A DNA stretch of 49,650 nt from Candidatus Hydrogenedentota bacterium (GTDB taxonomy: Bacteria > Hydrogenedentota > Hydrogenedentia > Hydrogenedentales > JAEUWI01). The stretch spans positions 1-49,650 of the forward strand of contig JAXMOL010000054.1 of the NCBI GenBank assembly GCA_034669905.1, given 5' to 3'. Below the pieces are notes generated by a model. The model saw only the letters and a list, made by a program, of their open reading frames with translations, had not been told where the DNA came from and made no database searches. Shown piece after piece: positions 27,920-37,891 of the stretch; within the stretch, counting starts at the first letter, position 1, and the number at the start of each line of letters is the position of its first letter. Position numbers and translations under genes: made by a program.

Positions 27920-28924
27920 TTAGAGCAGTTCCGCAATCTGGACGGCATTCAGTGCCGCGCCCTTGAGCAGGTTGTCGGAGACAATCCACATGTCGATGGC
28001 GGAGGGGTGGGAAATGTCTTCCCGGATGCGGCCCACGTAGGTGTCATATTTCCCGGCGGCGTCGATGGCCGTGGGGAAGATGTCCTTGCTGGGGTCATCC
28101 ATGACCACCACGTTCTGGGAGGCCGTGAGGAGCTCCCGCACCTGGGCGGCGGTGAGCTTGGTTTTGGTCTCGACATTGACCGACTCGCTGTGGCCCGTGT
28201 GCACCGGTACGCGGACAGTGGTGGCCGTCACGCGGATGCTGTCGTCGCCCATGATCTTCTTGGTCTCATTGACCATCTTCATCTCTTCGGTGCTGTAGCC
28301 GTTGTCGATGAAGGCGTTGCTATGGGGGATCTGGGGGATGCAGTTAAAGGCAATCTGGGTGGGGAAGATGCTGCAAACGGGCTTCTCACCTTTCAGCGCC
28401 GATTCGGTCTGGGCGCGAAGCTCGTTGAGGGCTTCACTGCCGGCACCAGATACGGCCTGGTAGGTGGAAACCACCACGCGGGTAATCGTCGCCGCGGCAT
28501 GGAGGGGCTGGAGCACCTGGACCATCTGAATGGTGGAGCAATTGGGGTTGGCGATAATGCCCTTGTGCGTCTTAATGGCGTCGGGGTTTACTTCCGGGAC
28601 GACCAGGGGCACTTCGGGGTCCATGCGCCAGGCGCTGGAATTATCGACCACCACGCAGCCGTCTTTGGCGGCGAAGGGGGCAAAGGTCTGGCTCGTGCCA
28701 CCGCCTGCGCTGAAAAGGGCCACATCGACGCCCTTGAAGGAGTCTTCGGCGAGGACTTCCACGGCAATTTCTTCGCCGCGAAAGGTCAGTTTACGGCCCG
28801 CCGAGCGTGGCGATGCGAGGAGTTTGAGAGATGCGATAGGGAAATCGCGGTCTTCCAATACCCGCAGCATCTGTTGGCCCACCACCCCGGTGGCACCGGC
28901 AACGGCGACATGTTTCGAACTCAT
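27920..28924 (-). CDS. asd: Aspartate-semialdehyde dehydrogenase
   Basis: VAGATGVVG, DNSSAWRM, IIANPNCST (catalytic Cys), STYQAVSGAG, VRVPVHTGHSE, DNLLKGAALNAVQIAE. RBS AAGGAG. Confidence 0.97.
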   Translation of the reverse strand: MSSKHVAVAGATGVVGQQMLRVLEDRDFPIASLKLLASPRSAGRKLTFRGEEIAVEVLAEDSFKGVDVALFSAGGGTSQTFAPFAAKDGCVVVDNSSAWRMDPEVPLVVPEVNPDAIKTHKGIIANPNCSTIQMVQVLQPLHAAATITRVVVSTYQAVSGAGSEALNELRAQTESALKGEKPVCSIFPTQIAFNCIPQIPHSNAFIDNGYSTEEMKMVNETKKIMGDDSIRVTATTVRVPVHTGHSESVNVETKTKLTAAQVRELLTASQNVVVMDDPSKDIFPTAIDAAGKYDTYVGRIREDISHPSAIDMWIVSDNLLKGAALNAVQIAELL

Positions 28925-29468
28925 TTGGATAGCTCCTTGACCGGTCCACACCCCATACGTAGGGTCCATGGCGACGGTTTTTGTATCCCGCCCCGCGGGC
29001 ACACGGCGTGTGGGCCCCGAAACAGGATGGGTCATAGCTACGATACCTTATGCATATCGGGTGATGGCGGCAAACGTGCGCCGCTCCGGTAGGCAGGGTA
29101 AACCCGATAAGGATCGTGTCTGGAAGCAACTAGTATAGCAAAAAACGAGAAAGTGGGGAAAGGTGGCGACGGGATGGGGGGATGGGGACGTATTGAAGTC
29201 ACTCATTTTCTTCTTGATCCCGACGCCGAAATGGACAATCTGATCGTGCCGCGCGATCTTCCCCACACGAGTCTAAACGAGTTTGGGGAAGTTCGTGCGT
29301 TTGGAGCACCGCCAACGCACAGGATGGGCGTATCGGTGGGAATGGTGGGAGGGAGACGGCCCCGACTGTTACGGTCCTGGTACGGGGCCGAGGTCGATGG
29401 CTAAGCACGGGGTGCGTGTTGCTGGGTCGGATTGATGCCGTCGGGGCAGTCCCCGGTGTAGTCCCCAC

Positions 29469-29497
29469 AAAAAACGCCCCGACACGTGTCGGGGCGT
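29469..29497 (-). terminator. Rho-independent terminator of trxA
   Basis: Minus strand ACGCCCCGAC-loop-GTCGGGGCGT followed by a T run. Confidence 0.85.
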
Positions 29498-29528
29498 AGC
29501 ATTCCAATGATTGGAAGGACTCTGGTGC

Positions 29529-29849
29529 TCAGGAAAGGGCACTGTCCAGCGCGTTGGCCAATTCGGACTTCTGGGTGACCCCAATGAAGCGATTGACTTC
29601 GGCACCGTCTTTCATGACGATCAGGGTGGGGATGCTGGCCACGTTGAATTCCTGGGCCAGGTTGGCGGCGCTGTCCACATCGACCTTGCCCACACTGGCT
29701 TTGCCTTCGTAGTCGGCGGCCAATTCGTCGAGAATCGGGGCGATCATCTTGCAGGGTCCGCACCATTCGGCCCAGAAATCGACGAGCGTCACGCCGCTGG
29801 CGACGGCACCTTTAAAGTTTTCTTCGTTAAGTTCGGTAGCATTGCTCAT
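29529..29849 (-). CDS. trxA: Thioredoxin
   Basis: VDFWAEWCGPCK, SIPTL. RBS GAGGAG. Confidence 0.97.
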   Translation of the reverse strand: MSNATELNEENFKGAVASGVTLVDFWAEWCGPCKMIAPILDELAADYEGKASVGKVDVDSAANLAQEFNVASIPTLIVMKDGAEVNRFIGVTQKSELANALDSALS

Positions 29850-29981
29850 AGCAGTGGACTCCTCGTGAATCAGTGATGTTGCTGTACCCGCACTCGGGGG
29901 GAGATTTCATATTTCTGGGTGCGATTATAGCCCAGTACTCCCATGCGCGTAAAGGTTCGCGTTTGGCTCGGCGCGGAAAAA

Positions 29982-30011
29982 TTGACATGCCGCTGTAGAA
30001 AACCCTATAAT
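29982..30011 (+). promoter_or_regulatory. Sigma70 promoter of tRNA-Ser
   Basis: TTGACA-N18-TATAAT, 12 nt upstream of the tRNA. A divergent TATAAT for trxA lies at 29924-29929. Confidence 0.85.
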
Positions 30012-30023
30012 TCCGTGCTCTGC

Positions 30024-30113
30024 GGAGAGTTGTCCGAGTGGCTTAAGGAGCACGCTTGGAAAGCGTGTGTGCGTTTACGCGTACCGAGGGTTCGAATCCC
30101 TCACTCTCCGCCA
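30024..30113 (+). tRNA. tRNA-Ser(GGA)
   Basis: GGAGAGT acceptor stem, anticodon arm CACGC-TT-GGA-AA-GCGTG, long variable arm, GTTCGAATC T-loop, encoded CCA end. Confidence 0.97.
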
Positions 30114-30302
30114 TTTTTTACTTTTTCGGTCCCCCTCACCTTCTGGCACGACATGGTGCGTAGCACTTGAGTCTGCGCGATGGACCTCTTATCCTTCCAG
30201 GCCCCGGCCTCAAGGGGACCTGACGGAACAGTTGCAGCGTGGCGAGATGGGACTTCGCGATTGGGACGGGGCAACGTCCCCGGATTGGCTGGACCGTACA
30301 AC

Positions 30303-31334
30303 ATGATCAATGGTGTTCCCCGCATACTCATCGTTCGATTGAGTGCGATCGGTGATGTGGTTCGGGTATTGCCCGCGTTACATGCCCTCCGCAACCGCTA
30401 TCCCAATGCCCAGATCGACTGGGCCGTTGAGCAGAAATCCTATGATATCGTGTCCGGCCACCCGGCCCTCGATCAGGTCCACGTTTTCGAACGGGGCGAA
30501 GGCATGCTCAATGATTTGGGGGCGTTCATCGCCTTTTGTTCCCTCATCCGGAGCAACAAGTACGATTGGGTCATCGATTTCCACGGCATCGCCAAGACGG
30601 GGCTGTTGACGCGCTTTTCCGGGGCAAAACTGCGCTATGGCTTCGCCCGGCCCCGTGCCCAGGAATTCAGCTACCTGGCCACCAACCGGAAAGTATCCCT
30701 TATCTCCAAATACATGAACCGCATCGAGGAAAACCTCGAGCTGTGCAAGGTGTTGGAGGCCAAGGTCCACTCCCTCGACGTGCTCATCGACATTCCCGAA
30801 GATGTGGAAGACACCATCGACGAGTATTTCCAGAAGACCTTTCACGGCGCAAAAATGGTGGTGGCCGTCCATGCGCCCGTGGATCGCCCGGAAAAGCAGT
30901 GGCCCATCGAGTACTTTGCGGAGCTTACCGATAGAATCATGAGCGACGGCCGTTATGAAGTGCTCCTCACCTGGGGGCCCGGCCAGCGGGAGACCGTGGA
31001 CGCCGTGATGAAGCTGGTCCACGGCAAGCCCCACATAGCGCCCGAGACCCCCGACCTCAAGCATTACGCCGCGCTGGTACAGCAGTGTGACCTCTACTTC
31101 GGAGGCGACACGGGTCCCATGCACATTGCATCGGCCATGGACACGCCCGTGGTGGCAGTCTTTGGTGGCACCCACCCCGCCCAGCACGCCCCCCTCCGCA
31201 AGCCCTCTCAAGTGCTCTACGCGGGTCCCGATATCCCCACCCGCAGCATCGACAAAGAGAATGCCGAGGCCCTTTTCCGGGAGATTACGCCGGAAATCGC
31301 CTACGACGCCTGCGTCCAGGAACTGCACGGGTAG
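30303..31334 (+). CDS. Glycosyltransferase family 9 (ADP-heptose:LPS heptosyltransferase-like)
   Basis: RILIVRLSAIGDVV, KQWP, GGDTGPMHIASA..P.VAVFG. Confidence 0.92.
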   Translation: MINGVPRILIVRLSAIGDVVRVLPALHALRNRYPNAQIDWAVEQKSYDIVSGHPALDQVHVFERGEGMLNDLGAFIAFCSLIRSNKYDWVIDFHGIAKTGLLTRFSGAKLRYGFARPRAQEFSYLATNRKVSLISKYMNRIEENLELCKVLEAKVHSLDVLIDIPEDVEDTIDEYFQKTFHGAKMVVAVHAPVDRPEKQWPIEYFAELTDRIMSDGRYEVLLTWGPGQRETVDAVMKLVHGKPHIAPETPDLKHYAALVQQCDLYFGGDTGPMHIASAMDTPVVAVFGGTHPAQHAPLRKPSQVLYAGPDIPTRSIDKENAEALFREITPEIAYDACVQELHG

Positions 31335-31510
31335 CGGTCTGTGTTATCGCGTTGGGGCAAGCACTGTATCGCGCGCACCCGGGCCGATTGCTGATGTGAC
31401 TCCCCTCCTTGGAAGGGCTGGGGATGGGGCAAGTCCCAAAAAGCGGCGTTTCCCATTCCAATCCCCCCGATTCTTTTCGGCATCCCGATCCAATCTGTTA
31501 GGATCACGTC

Positions 31511-33091
31511 ATGAAGCGGTTCTTATTGATAGGCTTGGATGGGGGTGAACTTTCGCTCTTGACGCCCTGGATGGACGCCGGACATCTGCCCCACCTGGCA
31601 GCCCTGCGACAACAGGGTACGTGCCAGGCCCTGGCCAGTACCCGCCCTCCCGTCACCTTCCCGGCGTGGACCACCTGTGTCACCGGAGTGAATCCGGGGC
31701 GCCATGGCATTTTCGATTTCACCGAGACCTGCCCGGGGGACTATGCCATCCGCTTTATCAACCAGACCCACCGCCGCGTACCAGCGCTGTGGAACATCCT
31801 CGACGGGACCGATAAGCGCTCCTGTGTGCTGGGGGTGCCGGGCACCTACCCGCCCGAGCCCCTCAACGGGGTCATGGTGTCGGGCTTTGATTCCCCCGTG
31901 TGCACCGGCGTGGACCGTTCCTTCGTCTATCCGGCGGCGCGCTACTCCCAGGTAAAAGACTGGCGCTTCGCCGATTTTCAGGAGCACCACATTGGCCCCG
32001 GGTGGCATGCGGCGGCCTTGGAGAAACTCCTGACCGGGATTGAGTCCAAGACCCGCTGTGCCGAGGCCCTGCTGGCCGAAGAGCCCTGGGATTTCTTCAT
32101 GATGGTCTATGGCGAATCCGACACGGTTTCCCACCATTTCTGGCTTTTTCACGACGTGAATTCACCCCGGCACCGTCCGGGCTTTGAAGACGCCATCCTC
32201 CGGATCTACCAGAAGCTGGATGCGGCCGTGGGGCGTCTCATGGCAGCGGCTGGAGAAGAGGTGGTGGTGGGTATCGTTTCCGACCACGGTTTCGGGGGCG
32301 CCGGCACGGGGGTGGTCCATCTTAACAACTGGCTGGCCGAAGAGGGCTACCTCCAGTGGCGCGAAGGAGGGCGGGAATCCCTCTTGAAACAGTGGGCCTT
32401 GTCGCTGACGCCCGAATCGTGGCGCGGCGCCTTGTTTCGTCGCTTTGGCGGGCTGGCCGCGAAGGCCGAATCCCAGGCCCGTTTCGGCCGCATCGATTGG
32501 GCCCACACCCTGGCCTGGTCGGAAGAATTAAACTACTTTCCCTCCATCCGCCTGAACCTCGCCGGGCGGGAGCCCGAGGGCCAGGTGCGCCCTGAAGATT
32601 ACGAGGCCGTGGTAGCGGAACTCTGCGATGCCCTGAATGCCTGGGAGCCGGTGGCCCGTGCGGTACCCCGTGGGGCGTGTTATGATGGCCCGGAAACAGA
32701 ACGTGCGCCCGATATCATCGTCGAACTGGCGTTGGAAGCGGGCTATTCCCCGGCCTGTCTTCGCAGCACGCCTGGTGGTCCTGTCACCCGGCGATTGGAA
32801 GAAGACGAATACCTCGGGGGCAAGGAGCGGGGCATGAATGGTACCCATCGTGACGCTGGAATTCTCTTGCTGTCGGAGCCTACGGAAGTGACCGACGCCA
32901 CCTTGATGGATATCGCGCCCACGGTCTTGTCCGTCCTCGGTGTTTCGGGGCCGGCCATGGAAGGGCGCGCGTTACTCGGGGAAGGCCATGGGGCCCGCAC
33001 TGTGAAGCGTGGGGTCGCTCCGACGGCCTATACGCCCGAAGAAGAAGCCATGGTCGCGGAGCGCATGCGTGCGCTGGGGTACTACGAATGA
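31511..33091 (+). CDS. Alkaline phosphatase superfamily / type I phosphodiesterase-nucleotide pyrophosphatase protein
   Basis: LIGLDG, PPVTFPAWTT (catalytic Thr), GVNPGRHGIFDF, VSDHGF, GTH, ERMRALGY. Confidence 0.9.
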   Translation: MKRFLLIGLDGGELSLLTPWMDAGHLPHLAALRQQGTCQALASTRPPVTFPAWTTCVTGVNPGRHGIFDFTETCPGDYAIRFINQTHRRVPALWNILDGTDKRSCVLGVPGTYPPEPLNGVMVSGFDSPVCTGVDRSFVYPAARYSQVKDWRFADFQEHHIGPGWHAAALEKLLTGIESKTRCAEALLAEEPWDFFMMVYGESDTVSHHFWLFHDVNSPRHRPGFEDAILRIYQKLDAAVGRLMAAAGEEVVVGIVSDHGFGGAGTGVVHLNNWLAEEGYLQWREGGRESLLKQWALSLTPESWRGALFRRFGGLAAKAESQARFGRIDWAHTLAWSEELNYFPSIRLNLAGREPEGQVRPEDYEAVVAELCDALNAWEPVARAVPRGACYDGPETERAPDIIVELALEAGYSPACLRSTPGGPVTRRLEEDEYLGGKERGMNGTHRDAGILLLSEPTEVTDATLMDIAPTVLSVLGVSGPAMEGRALLGEGHGARTVKRGVAPTAYTPEEEAMVAERMRALGYYE

Positions 33092-34212
33092 AACTCCGTA
33101 TTGCCCTCGTCAGCGCCTGTCCCTATCCCGTGCCCCAGGGTTCCCAGGTTTTCCTGCGGGACAATGCCCTCGCCCTGCAGGCCCGGGGGCACGATGTGCA
33201 TTTGGTGGTCTACGGCTACGGGGAAGGGCGGGACCACAGCGGCCTCACCATTCACCGGTGCCGAAGGATTCCGGGGGAGGGGAAGACCAAAGCAGGTCCG
33301 TCCTTGATGAAGCCCTTGCAGGATCTCGCCCTCACCAAGACCCTGCGGGATGTGGTGGCGCGGGAGCGGATCGACGTGGTCATTGCCCACAATTACGAGG
33401 CCCTGCTGGTGGGCCTGCTCGCCGGGCGCCGTCCCCTCATTTACCACGCCCACAACGCCATGTCGGATGAATTGCCCTATTACTTCGGGGGAGCGGGCAT
33501 GGCGGCTCGGGTAGGGCGCTGGCTCGACCGAACCTTTCCGCGGCGGGCAGATCGGGTGATCGTGCCCCACCGACGGCTGGCCGGTCATCTGATTGTGCGG
33601 GGATGTGACCACACCCGTGTTACCATCGTGCCGCCTCCGATCCGGGTCACGGACTTTCCCCTGTGCACGCCCGGGGAAGCGTTGCCTCCGGTCTTGTATA
33701 CCGGAAACCTGGATGCCTATCAGAATCTGGGCCTCCTTTTTGCCGCCATGGAGTTGGTGCGGAAGCGACTGCCGGAGGCCCGTCTCCAGATTGCGACCGG
33801 GGAAGAGGTCAGCTATCCCGATGCCGAGGTGGTGCCTATCCGGGGCTTCGACTCCCTCCACCGCCTCTTGGCCCAGGATTCGGTCTTTGCCTTACCCCGG
33901 GTCTCCTGGTCGGGCTATCCCGTGAAGCTCTTAAATGCCATGGCGGCCGGAAAGGCCATGGTGGCTTGTCGCAGTGCGGCCTATCCCCTGACCCATGAGG
34001 TGGATGGGCTTGTGGTGCCCGATGACAACGTCCGTGCCTTTGCCGACGCGCTCTACAGGTTGCTCACCGATCGCCGTCTCCGCCAACGCTTGGGCCAGGC
34101 CGCCCGCCAGACCGCAGAGCGCGCGCACGAGCCGGAAGCGGTGGGGGCCCAGTTGGAGGCCATTGTGATGGACGCCTTGAACCGAGAAGCATCGGAACTG
34201 ACATCGGGCTGA
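33088..34212 (+). CDS. Glycosyltransferase family 4
   Basis: ATGA overlap; YTGNL..YQ, GYPVKLLNAMAAGKAMV, DGLVV, FADALYRLL. Confidence 0.9.
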   Translation: MKLRIALVSACPYPVPQGSQVFLRDNALALQARGHDVHLVVYGYGEGRDHSGLTIHRCRRIPGEGKTKAGPSLMKPLQDLALTKTLRDVVARERIDVVIAHNYEALLVGLLAGRRPLIYHAHNAMSDELPYYFGGAGMAARVGRWLDRTFPRRADRVIVPHRRLAGHLIVRGCDHTRVTIVPPPIRVTDFPLCTPGEALPPVLYTGNLDAYQNLGLLFAAMELVRKRLPEARLQIATGEEVSYPDAEVVPIRGFDSLHRLLAQDSVFALPRVSWSGYPVKLLNAMAAGKAMVACRSAAYPLTHEVDGLVVPDDNVRAFADALYRLLTDRRLRQRLGQAARQTAERAHEPEAVGAQLEAIVMDALNREASELTSG

Positions 34213-34321
34213 TGCCGGTGTTTGCTTGCAGTTTCTGTGACAGGACGGTAGGATATTGCGAGCGTCCCTTTTTGGTGCGCGTGCCGCGCTTTTATGCCAC
34301 TGTGGAGAGTATTCCAAGCCA

Positions 34322-36358
34322 ATGGCCAGAGTTAAGTGTCCCCATTGCTTTCACGTGAATCCGGACCAGCAGGAGAATTGCCAGAAGTGCAATACCCTCT
34401 TGCCCCGCATTCGAATTGAGGCACAGTCGGTGATCAACGAGGCCCAGGCCCAGGTGCCCCGGGGAAACGGCGGTCCACAGTTTCGACGGGGCCAGGTGGT
34501 CGGGGGGCGGTATACGGTCCTCAATCTGATCGGCCAGGGCGGTATGGGGAGTATTTACAAGGTCCACGACAACACCCTGGGTGAAGATGTGGCGCTGAAG
34601 ACCCTGCTGCCCCAGTTCCTGGACGACAAGGTGGTGCTGGAGCGCTTCTACAACGAAGCCAAGATTGCACGCCGTCTCGCCCATGAGAATATCGTCCGGG
34701 TCCACGATATCGGGGAAGATGGCAAGATCCTCTACATCTCCATGGAGTATCTCCAGGGGATGTCCTTGCGGGAAGTCCTCGATAACCTCAAGCCGGGCGA
34801 GCGCCTGCCGATTGCGCAGACCCTCCGGATTTTCGATGAGCTTTGTGCGGCCCTGGAGTATGCCCACCAGTTCACCATTCACCGGGACATCAAGCCGGAA
34901 AACGTAATGCTCGGTCAGGATGGCCGGGTGCGTCTGATGGATTTTGGTATTTCGAAGCTCATGTCCAATACCCGGTTGACGGGGGCCTCTGTGGTGATGG
35001 GCACGCCCTTCTACATGTCGCCGGAACAGATTCGGAATAGCCGTGATGTGGATGCCCGCTCCGATGTGTACAGCGTGGGGGTCATGCTATATGAGATTCT
35101 GACGGGCAGTGTGCCCACCGGCATCCCCAAACCGGCTTCGCAGATCATGAAAGACGTGCCGCCGGCCCTGGACAAGATCGTCGTCAAGTGCGTTGACCCC
35201 AATCCCAAAGAGCGCTATCAGAACGCCACGGAATTGCGGAATGCCTTCCTGCCCATTCGGCAGATGGTGAAGTCCGGCACCTCGCTTCCGAAACAAGAGG
35301 CCCTGGCAGGCGTGCCCCGGGGGTATTCCGGACCGAAGCTGGCGGGGGGCCTTTTGGGGTTGCTCGTCGTAACGGCGGCCGTGTGGGGGCTCCTCAAGGC
35401 CGAAAACCACCGTAAGGCGGTCCTGGCCGCCACGCCCACGGACGTGTCGACGCCGGAATCCGGTACGCGTCAGGAGGCGACCTTTGCCGACTATGAGGCG
35501 ATCTACGAAGAACTGCTGCAGCGTGCGACCCCCCATGGTGCCTTGAGTGGGGGACGGGCCCTGGTGGACGGAAAAGCTTTCTGGGCCGATGCCCGTGCGG
35601 CCCATGCCGCCGGGGATGAGGCGCGCGCCGTGGAAGACGCGGGCTTCGCCTTTCAATGCCTTTTGGGCCTGCTGATAGCCGCGGACTTCCCCTCCAGCTG
35701 GGACATGGTATTCGTGTCGCCAGGAGAAGTGATTTTGCCCGGCCGTCCTGCAGAGTTCGTGGGTGCTTTTCTCATTGATCGGCAGGAAGTGACCCTCGGT
35801 CAGTACCGGCGCTTCGTCCAGATGGAAAAGGCCTTCGGGCCCGTGCCCGCCGCCTTCGAAACCTGGGGGAGCGATTTCAACGACTATCCCATCAGTGACG
35901 TTTCTTGTCTGGACGCCATGGCCTTTGCCGCGGAACGGGGTTGTGTCTTGCCCACGGAAGCCCAGTGGGCCCGTGCGGCGGCCTACGGAGACGAAGGCGA
36001 TGGGGGAGTCTGGCCCGACCCCCTCGATATTGAAGAGGACGAGATGCCCCTCTACAACGTGAACTACGCGAGTGAGGTGCCCCGCCCGGCCGGTCAGTTT
36101 CCCAGTGACCTGAGTCGTTTCAGTTGTTGGAACATGGCCGGTAACGTGGCCGAATGGACCCGGACGTCCCTGGCGGGGGAGCCTACTTATGGCGCGGTCA
36201 TGATGGTGTGCGGCAACAGTTTCTTCAAGCCGTACCGTCCGGTGGCGACGGCCCGCGAGCAGCTTGGCTTTGAGAAATCGGCCATTTATGTGGGGTTTCG
36301 GTGCGTGAAAGAGATCCCATCGAGCCCCATGGCCGCCCGCGCTTACCTGGACCGTTAA
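34322..36358 (+). CDS. Zn-ribbon / Ser-Thr protein kinase / TM / FGE-sulfatase (SUMF1-like) domain protein
   Basis: CPHC..CQKC, IGQGGMG, VALK, HRDIKPEN, DFG, YMSPEQ. TM segment, then F.IDRQEVT..QY, LPTEAQW, NMAGNVAEW, VGFRC. Confidence 0.92.
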   Translation: MARVKCPHCFHVNPDQQENCQKCNTLLPRIRIEAQSVINEAQAQVPRGNGGPQFRRGQVVGGRYTVLNLIGQGGMGSIYKVHDNTLGEDVALKTLLPQFLDDKVVLERFYNEAKIARRLAHENIVRVHDIGEDGKILYISMEYLQGMSLREVLDNLKPGERLPIAQTLRIFDELCAALEYAHQFTIHRDIKPENVMLGQDGRVRLMDFGISKLMSNTRLTGASVVMGTPFYMSPEQIRNSRDVDARSDVYSVGVMLYEILTGSVPTGIPKPASQIMKDVPPALDKIVVKCVDPNPKERYQNATELRNAFLPIRQMVKSGTSLPKQEALAGVPRGYSGPKLAGGLLGLLVVTAAVWGLLKAENHRKAVLAATPTDVSTPESGTRQEATFADYEAIYEELLQRATPHGALSGGRALVDGKAFWADARAAHAAGDEARAVEDAGFAFQCLLGLLIAADFPSSWDMVFVSPGEVILPGRPAEFVGAFLIDRQEVTLGQYRRFVQMEKAFGPVPAAFETWGSDFNDYPISDVSCLDAMAFAAERGCVLPTEAQWARAAAYGDEGDGGVWPDPLDIEEDEMPLYNVNYASEVPRPAGQFPSDLSRFSCWNMAGNVAEWTRTSLAGEPTYGAVMMVCGNSFFKPYRPVATAREQLGFEKSAIYVGFRCVKEIPSSPMAARAYLDR

Positions 36359-36430
36359 TCGGTCCCACGCGGTATTTGCTTATCACCCGTGTGTTCATTG
36401 GTAGAATTCACACCTCCGTTTCCCTGCGAT

Positions 36431-36460
36431 TTGACAGTGTTGGGTCTGGTTCTCTAAAAT
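36431..36460 (+). promoter_or_regulatory. Sigma70 promoter
   Basis: TTGACA-N18-TAAAAT upstream of the 36508 ATG. Confidence 0.7.
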
Positions 36461-36507
36461 TCAGGTACCAGGATGACCGAAAAAACCCCAGGAAAGTGTG
36501 GTATCTC

Positions 36508-36924
36508 ATGGAAACAATCGTGTGCCCCCACTGCAAATCCCACCGAATTATTACCGCGAAGATGCCCAAAGATGTGGTGGCGGTCATGCCTTGTCCGAGT
36601 TGTCATGAACTCGGTGTCCTCTTCCGAAACAAGATCATCCCCATCGATCGCCGCATCCTCGAAGAGGGGACGAAGGAAGAACGGACCCAACACCTCGCCC
36701 AGGTGATTGCGGAATTCCTGGAAGCGGGTATCCTGCCCTTCCAGGAAGGCAATCCCGGTTTTGAGTCGGCCATCGAATTGCCGCCCGGCCAATCCAACGA
36801 CGGGGACAGCGAAGAATTCGAAGTCCTCGAACCCATCTCCGACAAGGAAGCCGAAAAGTTTGCCCGGGTCGATCTGAAATGCCTGGACGACGCGGCCTAT
36901 TTCCGACGTCACTTCGGCGAGTAG
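36508..36924 (+). CDS. Hypothetical Zn-ribbon protein (CPHC...CPSC) with acidic C-terminal half
   Basis: Own promoter, protein-like composition, stop abuts the rlmB stop. Confidence 0.75.
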   Translation: METIVCPHCKSHRIITAKMPKDVVAVMPCPSCHELGVLFRNKIIPIDRRILEEGTKEERTQHLAQVIAEFLEAGILPFQEGNPGFESAIELPPGQSNDGDSEEFEVLEPISDKEAEKFARVDLKCLDDAAYFRRHFGE

Positions 36925-37644
36925 TCAGTCCCGTCGAATCTGAAACAGCACGATCGCAGTGGCCACGGCCACGTTGAGGCTGTCGAGTTCGTTCGCCAGG
37001 GGGATAGACACAATCTCATCGCAGTTTTTCTGCACCCCGGGCCGCATGCCTTCGCTCTCGTTCCCCGCCACCAGGACGACCCGTTGGGGCCAGGACATGG
37101 CAAAGGCGTTGCACGTCCCTCCGGCATCGAGTCCGTAAATCCAGAAGTCGGCGCCCCGGAGCTTTTTCAGCGCCTGGCTGAGGTTGGGACATGCCGCGAT
37201 GGGGACGCGGAGTACCGTACCCGCACTGGCCCGCACCACGGATTCATCCAACAGCGCTCCACCCCGTGACGCGAGTACAATCCCGGCCACGCCGGCGCCC
37301 ACCGCCGAGCGGATAATCATCCCCAGATTCTTGGGGTGTTGCACCCGATCGAGCACGAGGATGGTGGCTTCCGGTGCACAACCTGCGATAAGGGCATCCA
37401 GTTCGGTGTATTCCAGGGGACTGATCTGGGCCATGATGCCCTGGTGTTCCCGCGTGCCGGTGAGGGAATTCAGCTTGGCCTGGGGCACGAAGTCGACGAG
37501 GACCTTGTGTTGTTTGGCGGTGTCGACGAGGGCCTTGCAGGCGGGCACCCGGGATTCTTTGGCCACGAGGATGCGGTTGATACGTTCGGGCTGTTGAAGG
37601 GCTTCACGGACGGCATTCGCGCCATAGATAATTTCGCCTGCCAT
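36925..37644 (-). CDS. rlmB: 23S rRNA (Gm2251) 2'-O-methyltransferase, SpoU family
   Basis: IYGANAVREAL, HQGI.A, LDRVQHPKNLGMIIRSA, GNESEGMR, SLNVAVA. Confidence 0.92.
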   Translation of the reverse strand: MAGEIIYGANAVREALQQPERINRILVAKESRVPACKALVDTAKQHKVLVDFVPQAKLNSLTGTREHQGIMAQISPLEYTELDALIAGCAPEATILVLDRVQHPKNLGMIIRSAVGAGVAGIVLASRGGALLDESVVRASAGTVLRVPIAACPNLSQALKKLRGADFWIYGLDAGGTCNAFAMSWPQRVVLVAGNESEGMRPGVQKNCDEIVSIPLANELDSLNVAVATAIVLFQIRRD

Positions 37645-37729
37645 GGGGATTCCTGTAGGGGTTGGGGGAGGGTTGTGTCTTGCGGGATAGTATACAAGAA
37701 TTGGTGGGCGGCGGACTCACCTGCTGCCG

Positions 37730-37872
37730 ACTCTCTGGCGTGTGACAGCTTGCTGTCACCCTTCTGAGGGAGCTTGCTCCCGTCTGAATGGTAATACTCA
37801 CCGGCTACTTGGGCGGGAACGCAAGCAAGCTTGCTCGGTGAAAGCGCAAGCAAGCTTACGCACTCCAAAGGG
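37730..37872. repeat. REP doublet family D (second copy 49291-49433)
   Basis: TGG.GTGTGACAGCTTGCTGTCACC ... GAGGGAGCTTGCTCCC ... GCAAGCAAGCTTGC ... AAGCAAGCTTACGCACTCCA in both copies. Confidence 0.88.
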
Positions 37873-37891
37873 TTTATTTGACGGGGGCACC

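Noticed and set aside
29153..29404. Small ORF between asd and trxA
   Set aside because: No RBS, no recognisable motif and weak start, so a gene call cannot be supported.
30024..30302. tRNA-Ser as an island integration site
   Set aside because: No integrase and no duplicated tRNA 3' end were seen in the window.
35700..36358. FGE-like C-terminus as a diversity-generating retroelement target
   Set aside because: No template repeat or reverse transcriptase was seen in the window.
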